The notes beneath the pieces are model-generated. The model saw only the letters and a program-made list of their open reading frames with translations, was not told where the DNA came from and ran no database searches. A stretch of DNA of 64,000 nt, from the NCBI GenBank assembly GCA_044892505.1, contig CM097882.1, forward strand, positions 284,642,001 to 284,706,000. Direction: 5' to 3'. Shown here one piece after another: positions 13,797-26,608 of the stretch (its first letter is position 1; each line of letters begins with the position of its first letter). The stretch is from Schmidtea nova. Its lineage: Eukaryota. Position numbers and translations under genes: made by a program.

Positions 13797-16700
13797 CTTA
13801 ATTAAACATGAAAATAACATATAATTATTTAAAATACAATTTAAAAATATATTTAAAAATACATTGTAATATAATGAAAAAAAATATTTAAAATTTACTC
13901 AAATTGATAGGTTGATAGAACTATCATAAAATTCGATAGAACTATTATAAAATCGAACTCTTCATGTTTTATATATAGGAATTTTGTCATTGTATTATTC
14001 AATAAAGTTTCAGTGTTAAATATATAACCAACAAAAATAATCGCACAATTTTCGATTTGATAAAATAGGTTGTTTACGCATGGTGAAAAAGGTTTGCCAA
14101 AAAACCGTGTTTCTTGTAAAATCGGTTTTAAGGTTTTTACCAAACTAACGCCGGGTTTTTAAAGAAAAAAATTAAATCTATAATAAAATCTCCGTTATTG
14201 TAACCCTTTGCTAACAATTCAATTAAATGTAGTAACACTAGAAATAATTACAATCAATGATAAAAATTTATTTAAATAAAAATGTTTCTGTGTTGCGATT
14301 TGAATGTGCTGAATTGATTTGATCTTCATATTAGTTAAAAACTGCCTTTTTTCGAATTTGCTTCTTACTTTTGTGAATTATAACACGAACTAATTGTTTT
14401 ATAAANNNNNNNNNNNNNNNNNNNNNNNNNNNNNNNNNNNNNNNNNNNNNNNNNNNNNNNNNNNNNNNNNNNNNNNNNNNNNNNNNNNNNNNNNNNNNNN
14501 NNNNNNNNNNNNNNNNNNNNNNNNNNNNNNNNNNNNNNNNNNNNNNNNNNNNNNNNNNNNNNNNNNNNNNNNNNNNNNNNNNNNNNNNNNNNNNNNNNNN
14601 NTTAAATAAAGATTTTTTCATAGTTTTTATTTTATTCCAATTTAGATACAAAAATAACTAAAACCAGGTTTAATTTAGTAAAATAGTATAAACATAGTTA
14701 AGTTAAAAGGATATTTTTGTAAATCATCCAGTATTTTTTTACGCAATCAATAATCTTAAAAAAAACGTTGGATCATAAATAGTAAAGTATTATAACGAGT
14801 TTTAGAGTTAGTTAAGAATCGTTTTCTCAAGATGATAATTAGCATCGCTCTATTTTTGAATTGTTGGGTAGATTTGGTGGATAAAAGGAGTTCAATCGGG
14901 GTATCTGAGGAGAGGTCTGCTTTCCTCCGGCAGTATTTTGATTATCTACTAACTAATTTTAATGATTATTTGATAAGAAGTTTGTCACTCTTATGTGAAA
15001 AGTCTCACCGTTAACTTCTAATAAATACTTATGACTTGGTTCTATTGTATTGCATTCATTATACTAGTCAATCTAGATCATTTAACAGCCGACTCATATA
15101 TCGTTACAGGGTAAACGCTCAATTTTGTATATTGTCAATTTTAAACGTACCATTGATCTGGTTCTTAATCCTTTGTTATTTAAAGCTAAAAATTGCAATT
15201 TATTCGGAAAAAAATTATTTTGAAATCCTTTTCTTTATTGACTTCCTGATACAAATCATTGATAAATATCCCACCACCTTGTCGTAATCTGGATGACCAA
15301 TTTTTATCAAACCCTTTTAAAATGGTCATTTTTAATTTACAAAACTAATTTTGAGTCAATCAATGTTTTTCATCGACTTCCCTCTGACAATAAATTTTAT
15401 TTAATTTAGATTTAAACATGCTGGATTGTATTAATTTGCATACAAATAAAGTTTTCCCACACCCGCTAGGTCCTACATTTTGAAAAACGGCATCATTTCT
15501 TAATTCCATTTTTATTTATTTAATTAATTATTGTTTATATTTGTTTAATTAATCAAAAATAATGAGCAAAATCAATTATCAAGGTAAATGTTTAGTTCCC
15601 GGCGTGATATGTCCAAACGGAAAACTGAAACTAGTTTGTAATTAGAAGTGGAATTCACCCCATCATCTTTTTAAGATCTGGCAAGTGTCGGATAATGGGA
15701 TGCAAGTAATATCTAAAAACATGTGATTTGAAATTCAAGTTTAAAAGTTTAACAATTCAATCATTTACCGAGACGTTTGATTTCAGAAAATTTATTAATT
15801 TATATGAAATATAAAAGAAATATTATAGTTGTTTCGAACCTGAAATATTCCCAGCATTACGCATACAGAAATTTTATCCAGTATGTGTCGATATATTTTC
15901 AAGTGACAAAGTTGTTATGATTGTAATTAAAACTTGGATTATAATAATTATGTGGAAAATAATAGTAATGAAATAAATATGTTAATTAATTAATTGTTAT
16001 TTCGTAATTATAAATGGTCTAAAATAAGGTGTTTGCTTATTTTTATTTTTATTTGTTCTTTAGTTTATTTACTCGGAGTATTTCTTAAAATAGTTTTACT
16101 GAATATAAAAGGTAGTCTGGATTATTGTTCCCCCGATTTGATGATATAAAAAATATACCATTTTACTGGTATCAATATTGATATGGTGCTTGAGGCTTGT
16201 ATCAAATGCATCGAAAACTCTGTTGTATGTAAGGATACAATGCGAGTTTATTGTACCAACGGATACCCTTGCTGTCACGATTTTAAAGGACAGCAAACGG
16301 TTCATATTTTTGTTGCCGAAATGATAAAAGAATACTATTCCGATATTTACAATACAAAATAAATGCCGAAGAAGATTTGCTTTGAATAAAAGTTTATTTT
16401 AAAATCTTGCGTTTTTTCTTTTTGATTTTGTGAATTTTCATTGATAATTCCATGAGTAATTCGTTGTTATGTATTGTTTTGTTTCTCAATCTTTTTTCAT
16501 TGACCACTTTTACGTTTGTCAGCAGAAAAGTTTTTATTTGAATTGTGTATCATTATTTTTTTATTGTTTTTAAGAGTCGACCTATTTCTAAGAGAATTTT
16601 GTTTTGAAGGAGTCTTTTTTCTTTGTATTTGGAATTAATCTTTTGGAAATTTTAGGAGTCCAGACTTTTTATAAGTAAATTTTATTTTGTATGAATAATT

Positions 16701-17339
16701 TTTCTGAGTACTTAAACTTTTTTATTGTATATGAATATCTAAACAAATTAATCAATAATAATCATTCTCAAACTGTATCAAAATTTTAATTTTTAAAATA
16801 AAATTTTAATTTAATTTTACATAAAATTTTAATTTAATTTTACATAAAATTTTAAAAAATTAATAGCTAAAGAAACATAAAATTTTTTATATAAAATTCT
16901 ACATACAATTTAAAAATATTTTTAAAAAATGAAAATTTTCACAAAAACAAACATAAGGAAGTCAATAAATTTATTAATAAAACAAAAAAAGCATGTCCTT
17001 GACTCTTCCCGCAAGCGGGCGTCCCCCTACCTCTGGAAAAGGAAGAAGCTGGTGTGGGATTTTTATAGAGTTTCCCGCAGTTATCTCTTTCTTGGATTTC
17101 TTTGATAAGTTTTGATTGGGTACTTGGAATTGGCTTGTTTAGATGTTGTGTGATACTTTGGATTCTTTGAATAGCTTTGGGATGATGATTCATGATTTTA
17201 GGCTTTTTTGACTTTTGTGATTTCATTGGTATCTTTGAAGGTTTTCTGATAATTGTTCTTGGAAGTATTCTTTTTTGGAGAGTGAGATGGCCAAACATAC
17301 TCTATTGCAAAGTGATTCTGAATGAAATTGATCATCCGA

Positions 17340-18175
17340 TGAATTATGTGCAATACATGGAGCCTTAAAAACTTAAGCGATATCGAGAAGAGTTACCAAT
17401 TGCAAAAACACGATCCTTTCCTTTGGTGAAACTAAATGAACATCATTTTCCTGTTCTCAGTGGATTCGTAAAACCTATTCTATGTGTACCAGCAACATCT
17501 GTCCCATGCAAAATATTATTTAGCTCTTCAGGATATATCGTTAGTAAAATACGTTCAAGTTTGCTTCCAGAAAATGTAAACGTGTTGGTTTGTCTATGTA
17601 ATTGGTTAAATGATTCGAATTTGACAAAGAGTAATTAAATTTCCGATTAAGCGATTTAAAATATTCGTCATTTTTTCTAATTGGTTCTATTTTTTCAATT
17701 TTAACTGGTTATTCGGTATTTATCAACATTTACATATAAAATACACTATTAAATTACTTTCGCCCAGATAAAACTAGCTTATGTTTTGTCCGTATGATGA
17801 TTTTTTAACTGATAACTAGTTAAAATGAATCCTTAATACTTAAGTATAGATACTTAAATATGTTTGTAAATTGATCGGAATTAATCGATTAACCCCTTTC
17901 TGCATGAGTGTTCATATATGAACATAATTAATTAAGACTCGAAAATATTCTTTTTTTCATAAAAATATTATTTTGTTTCTGTTAACATTCTTAAGTTGCA
18001 ACCCTGTTTATTCTAATTTAGTACTAAAAATTGTCAAGTGGCGCTAATGACCCTACTTTTTTAAATGTAACGGTTTCTATTCGGCCATACCTTAAAAATA
18101 TTTTCTAAATATAAACAAAAATTTCATGCAGAAAGGGGTTAATCGAACAAAAAATATTAATCGTTACCAGCCCTA
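17340..18175 (+). mobile_element. hAT transposon 3' remnant (dimerisation domain plus terminal repeat)
   Basis: FPVLSGFVKPILCVPATSVPCKILFSSSGYIVSKIRSSLLPENVNVLVCL matches Dimer_Tnp_hAT; the element ends ...TCGTTACCAGCCCTA, a hAT-type terminus. Confidence 0.8.
17893..18138. mobile_element. piggyBac-type MITE (246 bp) nested in the hAT remnant
   Basis: Perfect 15 bp TIR CCCCTTTCTGCATGA / TCATGCAGAAAGGGG, flanked by TTAA on both sides. Confidence 0.9.
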
Positions 18176-18859
18176 GAAATAACTTTAAAATATTTATTAT
18201 ATAAGTTATATCTAGCGTCATCAATTACACAATAAATCGCTATATAATCGATTACATAATTTTACTGTAATGTATAACATGTAAAATATTAGATAATGTT
18301 TTGAACACCCCTTTTCAGTGGTTCACTGCAAATGGCGTGGATAAATTGCGTTTGCCAGAGCGCTCACTTCTCCCTACGTACTATAACTCACACACAATCT
18401 TGACAATTCGAAATCAGTAACTCATGTACCCATTGTTACTCTCTGATAATCTATGTTTGTAATGTACACGGTAGTGCGATAATCGGATGTGTAGGTGAGC
18501 TTTGCCCCCAAAATATAATCCTCATTGTATATACAATATTAGAAAATAGTTTACAATTTTTGGAATTGTTTAAATTGGTGTGACAACAATGTTAAATGCA
18601 GAGAAAACTGTGTACAAATTAATCAAAAGGGTAAATTCATAAAAATTAAACAATTTTCAAATAAAGTATAAAAATTAATTTATAATTTGAAAAATTAACG
18701 TTTACTGGGGAGAAACGGTTATGGTGGAATCCAAATGATGAGACGAAAGTAAATATAATAAAATCAAATCAAGGGTCCCAGAAAAATTATTAAGAAAATA
18801 TAAATTAATTAAAAATAACAAATGAACTTAATTAGCTAATGGAAAACCCGAGCTTGATT

Positions 18860-19310
18860 TTTACTTTTGTATTGGACAATCGTATGATAACGGTGCCAAT
18901 ATGGCAGGACAGTACAATGGTGTACAAGCAGTTTTGCTAAAACATAATCCTAACTGTATTTTTTAAACTGCAGATATCGCACGTTGAATTTAGTATGATT
19001 CGATAGTGCGGAAAAATATTACGAAGTCATATTATACTTAGTAATAATTCAGCAAATGTACAATTTCTTTAGCAGCAATCCAATGAGATGGGAAATTTTG
19101 GAAAAATAGTTGAAATATTCTCACTTCGTTACATATCGACAACGAGATAGTCTGCAAGAATCGAAGCAATAAACCTTTGGCAAACCACTTGTCTTGTATA
19201 AAAGCTTCCGTAGAAAAAGCAGGATTACTTAACTTTCAACCACATCACGTAGCGAATTACATTCTATTAAGCAATATTTAGCTAACTTTGAGTGTGTTCT
19301 AAGCTTGACA
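18860..19310 (+). mobile_element. hAT (ZMYM1/THAP-like clade) transposase relic
   Basis: CIGQSYDNGANMAGQYNGVQAVLLKHNPNCIF motif, followed by broken frames. Confidence 0.8.
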
Positions 19311-20688
19311 TCCTAAGCAAATTACAGAAAATAAATCTAGTTATAGAAGCTTAAAATGCAACTTTAGATATGAAAGTATAGNNNNNNNNNNNNNNNNNNN
19401 NNNNNNNNNNNNNNNNNNNNNNNNNNNNNNNNNNNNNNNNNNNNNNNNNNNNNNNNNNNNNNNNNNNNNNNNNNNNNNNNNNNNNNNNNNNNNNNNNNNN
19501 NNNNNNNNNNNNNNCATGCAATGCACGGAACTAAGTGATAGTAATGTCCTGTTGTTGTACGGTTTTCAGTTCAAAGATAAATCTAAATTTTTCCATCAGT
19601 GTGAATGCTGAGATCAAAATAAAATAAACAATTTTCTAAAAACAGTAGCAGTTACACTGTAAGTAATAGAAATGATAAAAAATCAGATACTTCCAATTTA
19701 TATGAATAAAAAGTCGTTGTGAATTCAATTCGAACTGGGCAATCTAGCACATCAATATCTTCTACACAGCGCTGCCATTTCGAATTAGATTTCGGTGCCT
19801 AATGATTCATAGATTCCACAAACGCATTTTATAATGAATTTACAGATTTTGCGTTGACTTAATTTTCAAAATGCATTTAATTAGGTACATTTCCATATCC
19901 TGAGACAAAGTACAGCATTGCAGACTATATTCTTAAATAGGATATTTTTATTTTTTTATTTATGCGAAAGAATTTTTCATAAATTTTTTTGTTAAGAGCT
20001 AGAATTTTGCATTTGTAATCGCATTTGTAATATTTATCAGAGGTCTGCAGCTAGTATGTCGCTAAATCTTTGAAAAATAATTTTTCTCGTATAGCTGATA
20101 GATATTTGATTAAAATTGGTTTAATTTAAAAGTGTTTATAATAGTTTTGTAAGATAAAATTGAATGATATTTATTAAAATTATTCAAAAGCATTAACTGA
20201 AAAAATAATATTAGGATACTAAAATCAATACTTATTTCAATGAATTTTAATTTTGAAGTCACTAGCATAAGTTGCGTATTTTTAATAATTTTTAGGGTCA
20301 CATTTACAAAAAATGGTAGTGAACCCTTGATTTACAGAAATAAAATTATAAGGAACGTAACCATATTTATCAAATAAATTAGCATTGTTTTAATTTTGCT
20401 TATGACTGATTATAAATTTGATAAAAACTGATAATTTTATTATTAGAAACAGTAGAAATCAATTTATGTAACAATTACCTCAATTGAATGAACAAAAAAA
20501 AATATTTTTGTGAAAATGAAAATATAAATAATTTGTGAATTTTCTGTGTTTTTTATATTTTCACTTGTTTAAATTAATTCTGTCATTGTATTTTATTCAT
20601 TGTTTTATTGACAGAGATTAATCGTTTAAAGTGGGTACCGTTCAACAGTTTTGTAATTGATATGAAAATAAATAAGCTTTCCTCTAAC

Positions 20689-20985
20689 CTCATGACCTCC
20701 TCCTACAAAGGGAAATAGGGGTGACATATTATTTGGCGAAGGAAGAGGTGTGTGAATACCAGAATAAGAAGATTTTGGTTTGTAAGGAATGGTGTTGCAT
20801 CTGAGTGGAGTCTGGAAAAATGTGAATTTTTTTCGAAATGATAAAAATAATTATACTTCTTGAAGAATAGTTGATATTTCTTGAATACATCGAGCCACTG
20901 CATTGGCCGTCCCTGAAACAGTGACACTGCGCTCTGAGGAATTCGGCAATAACTCACTTGCAACTTGAATTGAAGCACCACACAT
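20689..20985 (-). CDS. PCBP: PCBP exons 6-7 (20985-20857, 20811-20689): second half of KH2 and linker; part 2 of 3
   Basis: MCGASIQVASELLPNSSERSVTVSGTANAVARCIQEI and TIPYKPK match PCBP ([33 protein letters not shown]). The 45 nt GT-AG intron is phase 0. Confidence 0.92.
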
Positions 20986-23588
20986 CTACAAATATTTCAT
21001 ATTTTATAAAATTATAATTTTAAAATATTCTAAAAATAAAATTTTTGAGCAAAGATAAATTATAAAATATAATTAAACTTAAAGAACGCATTATCGAAAG
21101 AATAGAGATTACTGTATGTAAAAATTAATTTAACAGCTCAGCAATCCAATTATTTAAATACAGGAAGATCATAAATTGCATAATTCATACTAAAAATGTA
21201 AAAATGGTCAATATAAAACAAATAAAGTACGAGCGTATCTTATGCAAACATTGACTGATTAAAATGACACTTATCCAAGCGACACTTGGGATAGTCAGTA
21301 CGTAAACAAACGCGCTATCGCAGTGGCACTCTGAATGTGATGCTCGGCTATAGTAAAATGTTATATGAAAAAAATATAATAATTAAGGTAAAAACGAAAA
21401 TCAAGCCACATATGCGTATAAAAAATAAATTAACTTAGAATTATTTTGGATAAAAATAATTCATCGAAGCAGTCACAGACTGTGAGGAAATGAAATAGAA
21501 AATTCGTGGGGAGGTTAAAATGACAGTGGCACGAATGAAATAAGATACGTAGAAGGATGAATTCTTATGCATCTATATTCCTATGAGCCATTCTAGTTTA
21601 AAAATAGCAAACATTTAGTAATATTCATGATACGTTTTCAGAGAACTTCAGTCGGATATCTTCAAAAAATGACTCCATGTGTTTCAAGCACATTATATGA
21701 TTTTATTTTTAAAAATATTACAGCATTTTGATACTACTCTTGTTTTGATAACAGAATTTACTATTCCAAAAAATTTTTAATTAATTTAAAACTTTAATTT
21801 AAATTAAATAACTGGCAATATTTTGTCGCAATAAATTTTTTCGATCAGAATGATAATTTCTCTTAGAATCAATCTGTTTAAATATTAGCGTTTTCCCATT
21901 CAATTATCATAGTAGACTTCCTATTTTCACAGATTTACTTTAGGAAACCCGTTCAATTTCTCAAGTTTATTATTCTTTTATCCCCATCCGATCCTACAAT
22001 TGTCAAAAGTGACATTTGTTTACCTTTTGTAAAATTGTTTTAAGAATAAATAAATTTTTAATTAACTAATTAATAAGTTTTTATTTTATTTCATACATCT
22101 TCTAGGCACCCCTTTTCAATTTGAATTTATTTGAATGCATTTATATTTTAAGTTATAATCTGTTTCCAGTTTTCCGCTTAAAACATGTTGATTTTTCACA
22201 TTAAAATTCAATTAATTAATTTTTGACAACTTTGTACACCTCATATGTTTTCCTTTAGTTTTTGATTATGTACATTAACGTGTTATACAACATTCTATAC
22301 AACTCCAAAATTCATTTGAATTTCCTTCTCAAACCTCAAAAGTGCCTGAGATATCAAGCATAGATAAACTGGTTGCTTTACTCTGTTGAAGCTAAGTAAT
22401 ATTACGGCTTTAATTGCAAAGTTTCAATAGCAATATGCTAAATTTATCTATCAAAGATCCTAATGAAAACCATAAAAGAAGTATTTCCTAGTAAATGTGA
22501 AATTGAATATTCATCAGCAAGTGAACTGAAGTTTACATCTGATAAATCACAAATTAGATCAGACCGCAGCCAAGGATTCCGAGAGGGATTACAATATTAT
22601 GTTCGAGTTTGACATTGGAATAGTTGCAGTATGAAGATATGATTATGTTTGAATAAAATTAATGAAGAATAATAGTTTAATTTACAAAATTTAATAAATA
22701 AAACAATCGTTTTCCATTAATTATTATCCAAATTCTAAATAATTTTCATAATCATAACTTTTTCATTGTAAACTCGTTCATCATTCTCGGAATCAGGGCC
22801 AATCTTGCAGCTGTTCTTGAGGCCCCAGGAGGAACATATTTCTTAGTGGTCGTATAGTTGGTGTTTTTTAATGTTTTTGTAATGAATTTTAGTCAAACTT
22901 ATAATTATTTTAAATCAATTGACGTTGTTTANNNNNNNNNNNNNNNNNNNNNNNNNNNNNNNNNNNNNNNNNNNNNNNNNNNNNNNNNNNNNNNNNNNNN
23001 NNNNNNNNNNNNNNNNNNNNNNNNNNNNNNNNNNNNNNNNNNNNNNNNNNNNNNNNNNNNNNNNNNNNNNNNNNNNNNNNNNNNNNNNNNNNNNNNACTA
23101 ATTGAATGAATAACAGTCCAATTAAAAAATATATTTTCCAATAGTTAAATAATTTTTTACGTTTCAGACACATTCGCATCAAATACCTACAGAAATATAA
23201 ATCATAAAAATACATGCACTGAACTATGACTTATGACTATTAGCTATTTGGTCTTATATTTCCTAATGAAATATTTGCACAAATATAATATCACACACGA
23301 TTTTCACGTCATCTATCAAAATGGACTTTAAATATATTCAATTCACTAAAGTCATCCAAATAAATTTAGACATTCCCATTAAAAAACCAAGGACGTAAGA
23401 ATAAACGTATATTTAACAATATAGAGAGGATTACAATTATATCAAATTACGCAATTCTCTAAAAGGCCCAATTAGAAGAGGCCCTCTAATTTCATATATT
23501 CATGTAGAAAGAAATAAAGCTTTTTATCAATATTATAACCAAATAATTTTAGCCCCTTTTTATTGTTTTATAATTAGTCAAATATGTC

Positions 23589-23591
<3 letters not shown>

Positions 23592-23651
<60 letters not shown>
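23592..23651. repeat. (AT)n microsatellite
   Basis: About 30 AT units. Confidence 0.95.
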
Positions 23652-23653
<2 letters not shown>

Positions 23654-24675
23654 GTGTGTGTGTGTGCAATTTCTATTATATTTAAATTGTTTCTTGTACA
23701 TTTATTATTTTCTTGCTTCTTATTTTAATTTTTTAGTTAAATAAATAAACAATTTTTTAAAAATTAAAATTTTATTATCAAGTAACTTAACGACTCTGAA
23801 GCTCAGAAGAGACAAAAAGTAAACAGAAATCAGATAAGAATGATAATAAATAGAAAAATTAATAGTAACTTTATTAATAACATTTTTATTCATTGTTTAA
23901 ATAATTGATTTTCTATCATTATTGCCTCATTTCCAAATGTTTTTCTTTATTTTGTTTTTCAGAGGTCATAAACAACATCATTTGCAACTTTCCTCATCAT
24001 TTCCTATCATTTTGATCAATTAAATAATCATTGAATTTTATTATTTTAGGTATCCTCAACAGTAGATACACTAAAACCCAAATCAAAATTCAACAACAAT
24101 ACGACTACAACTGCAGTAAAACAATCTATGTATCCTTTTTCATATTATGACTGACAGTTATCCGCAAGGATTAAGTTGAATTTTGCGAATTTCAAAAGCT
24201 GGATAATGCGGGAAATATAAATAATTCAAAAAATATGCAATAAAGATGTGGAAAATATATTCACATTTCTTTTCCACTAAAAATTAATTAATAAGGCAGA
24301 AAAATAAATGACCAGTTATGGTGAACCGTTCGATGGTCTTTTAAAAATCTATATAAATCTTGTATGAATTAGCTAAATAATAAATATATAGAAAATAGAT
24401 AAACTTGTACATAATCTATACAATGGTCAGGATTCTTTGAGAACTTTATGATTTTGCGGACAGAATCTATTTGATATTTATTTAATATATTAATCTATAC
24501 TGACAGCGGATTTCAATAACTCCTGCACCGCATCTAAAGGTTATCAAATAAATTTTAAGTAAACGTCAAATAAAAATTTTGTGCTAAGTTATCAGATATG
24601 TCATACAAATCTTTATATAATCCAAAAGTTTCATATTATAAAAAACAAGTTGCAAAGTCTGCTAAATGGTATTAT

Positions 24676-25526
24676 TGTTGGTGTTAGGCTGAAGTAGTGC
24701 AAGTAAACGGGAGTGCGCTAAGGGTTGAAGGAAAATCAAGAAAAAAGCTGAAAAGTGTTAAATTCACAATTAATAAATAAATACAAAAAAAATTAATTAA
24801 AAATTTGAAAAATTAAAAATAAAGATTTAACGGGGGAAATTGGTATGTACGGATGGCAAATGGAGAGATAAGTACGGATATGATAATAAAATATCAATAA
24901 GGGGTCCCCAGTAAAAAGACATTCGGTAAATAGAAATTAATTAAAAATTTATGAATAATTTATTAGCCATGTAGAAAACTTGAGTCGAGAGGAAGCCCGG
25001 GTGCATGAGAGATCCGGGCTAGTGGAGAGCCCGAGGAAAGGGAAACCCAAGACGAAATCGAATTAACAAAAGCGCGGATCAAATAAATCAAATTAGTGCT
25101 ATTTATAATTATCAAAATTCCAATTACGAAAAATTATAATCGAATTTGATCGCAAGTTTGGAAAACATAACCAATTTATTGATAAAACTATAAAAGCGGC
25201 AAGAATAACAGAAAATTGCCAGTTTGGTTCAAGAGAATTATCGTCAGTTTTAAAGATTGAGTAAGTGAAAAGGATATTTTCGTGCAGTAACATTATCCAA
25301 TCAAGCGTATCAGAAAGGGCAATATACCCTTGGTAGACCTACCCCTGTCGCTTAGACTAAGAGTGCAGATAGAGAGTGTAGAAACAATAAAGATTGTACT
25401 GATTTTAGTTGTTGTGAATTCTCAGATTTGAATAAATAAAATTTATTGTGTTGGGTCTCAGTTATATTGTTATTAAAGGAGCACGAGGAATAAGAAACTA
25501 AACCGACTCAAATTAATAACCCAACA
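24676..25526 (+). mobile_element. Probable solo LTR
   Basis: TGTTGG...CCCAACA termini, G-rich body, AATAAA near the 3' end; no clean target-site duplication. Confidence 0.45.
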
Positions 25527-26608
25527 ATATGCTGGTTGTACGCATACATTCAAGTTGAGTGCAACCCTTCTGTAAACGTTATTTTTAAAAATTGAAAAGA
25601 AATTTACTTTGAAATGGCCATAATAAAAGTGGTTAAAGAAATATTCAGCAAATTTTAATTAAACAATTATTTTTTATCATGTAGCTTCGATAACTGTTTT
25701 TCTTATAAGTTTTCAGTTAAATCTTTTGTTCTTTTCGCCTTAGATTCGTTTTATTTTTATTTTTCAAAAGACTTTTCACATGACCAAGCCCCACATTTTT
25801 ATATATTACAAATTTATCATGAGTAGAAATTTCTTATTTCCATTTTGATTTGATTAGGCCATTAAGCTATTATTAATTTCCATTATCGATTTCCTTCATC
25901 TTCATTTCACACTGCAGGAAAATACTTTTTAAATTAAGTTTATAATGCTTATTTTAATGATATACAGACAAAGTTAATTCGTACCGTGTTATATGGAATC
26001 GATGTTAAGAAAAACTATACAATTTTGTACTTTCAAAAATTCGTACGCCCGAATATTTTACTCGTGTGGGAAAGGGCTCTTATAGTTTTCGACATTACAG
26101 AATAGCATTTAAAAAATTTCTGAACCACGTTGCATGAGGGTTTCTGCGTTGTTGATTTCTAATTGTATGGAAACCCTGTTAAAATTAAAGTTATTTTTAG
26201 AAATAAATCTTTAGACATTAATCATTTACAAATTCTAATTAAATTAGTTTCTTTTGACATAATTTTTATTAAAATTCAAGTATAAATAATTTTATTTTTT
26301 GATTAAAATTAATATTCCATATGAAATAAATGAAAAACGCCGACATTTTAAAAAATTTAAATGTATTGGGAAAAATTTGAATTAACTTATTATTGGACTA
26401 ACTAATTAAAAATATTTCGAAAACCGTTTATAGGACAAAAAAATTGTAATTAACTTTATTGCAATTAAATTGTTGGAAAACTTAAAATTATGATATAATA
26501 TTTATTGTAAAATGACGGTAAATTTATAGTTTAAAAATGAAAAAACGAAACAAAATAATAATTAATAATAAATAAAATGTTTTTTAAAAAATTAATTAAT
26601 AAACAAAC

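Noticed and set aside
19690-19940. Minus frame open except for TAA/TAG
   Set aside because: No homology is recognised, and absence of TGA over ~80 codons is expected by chance in AT-rich DNA.
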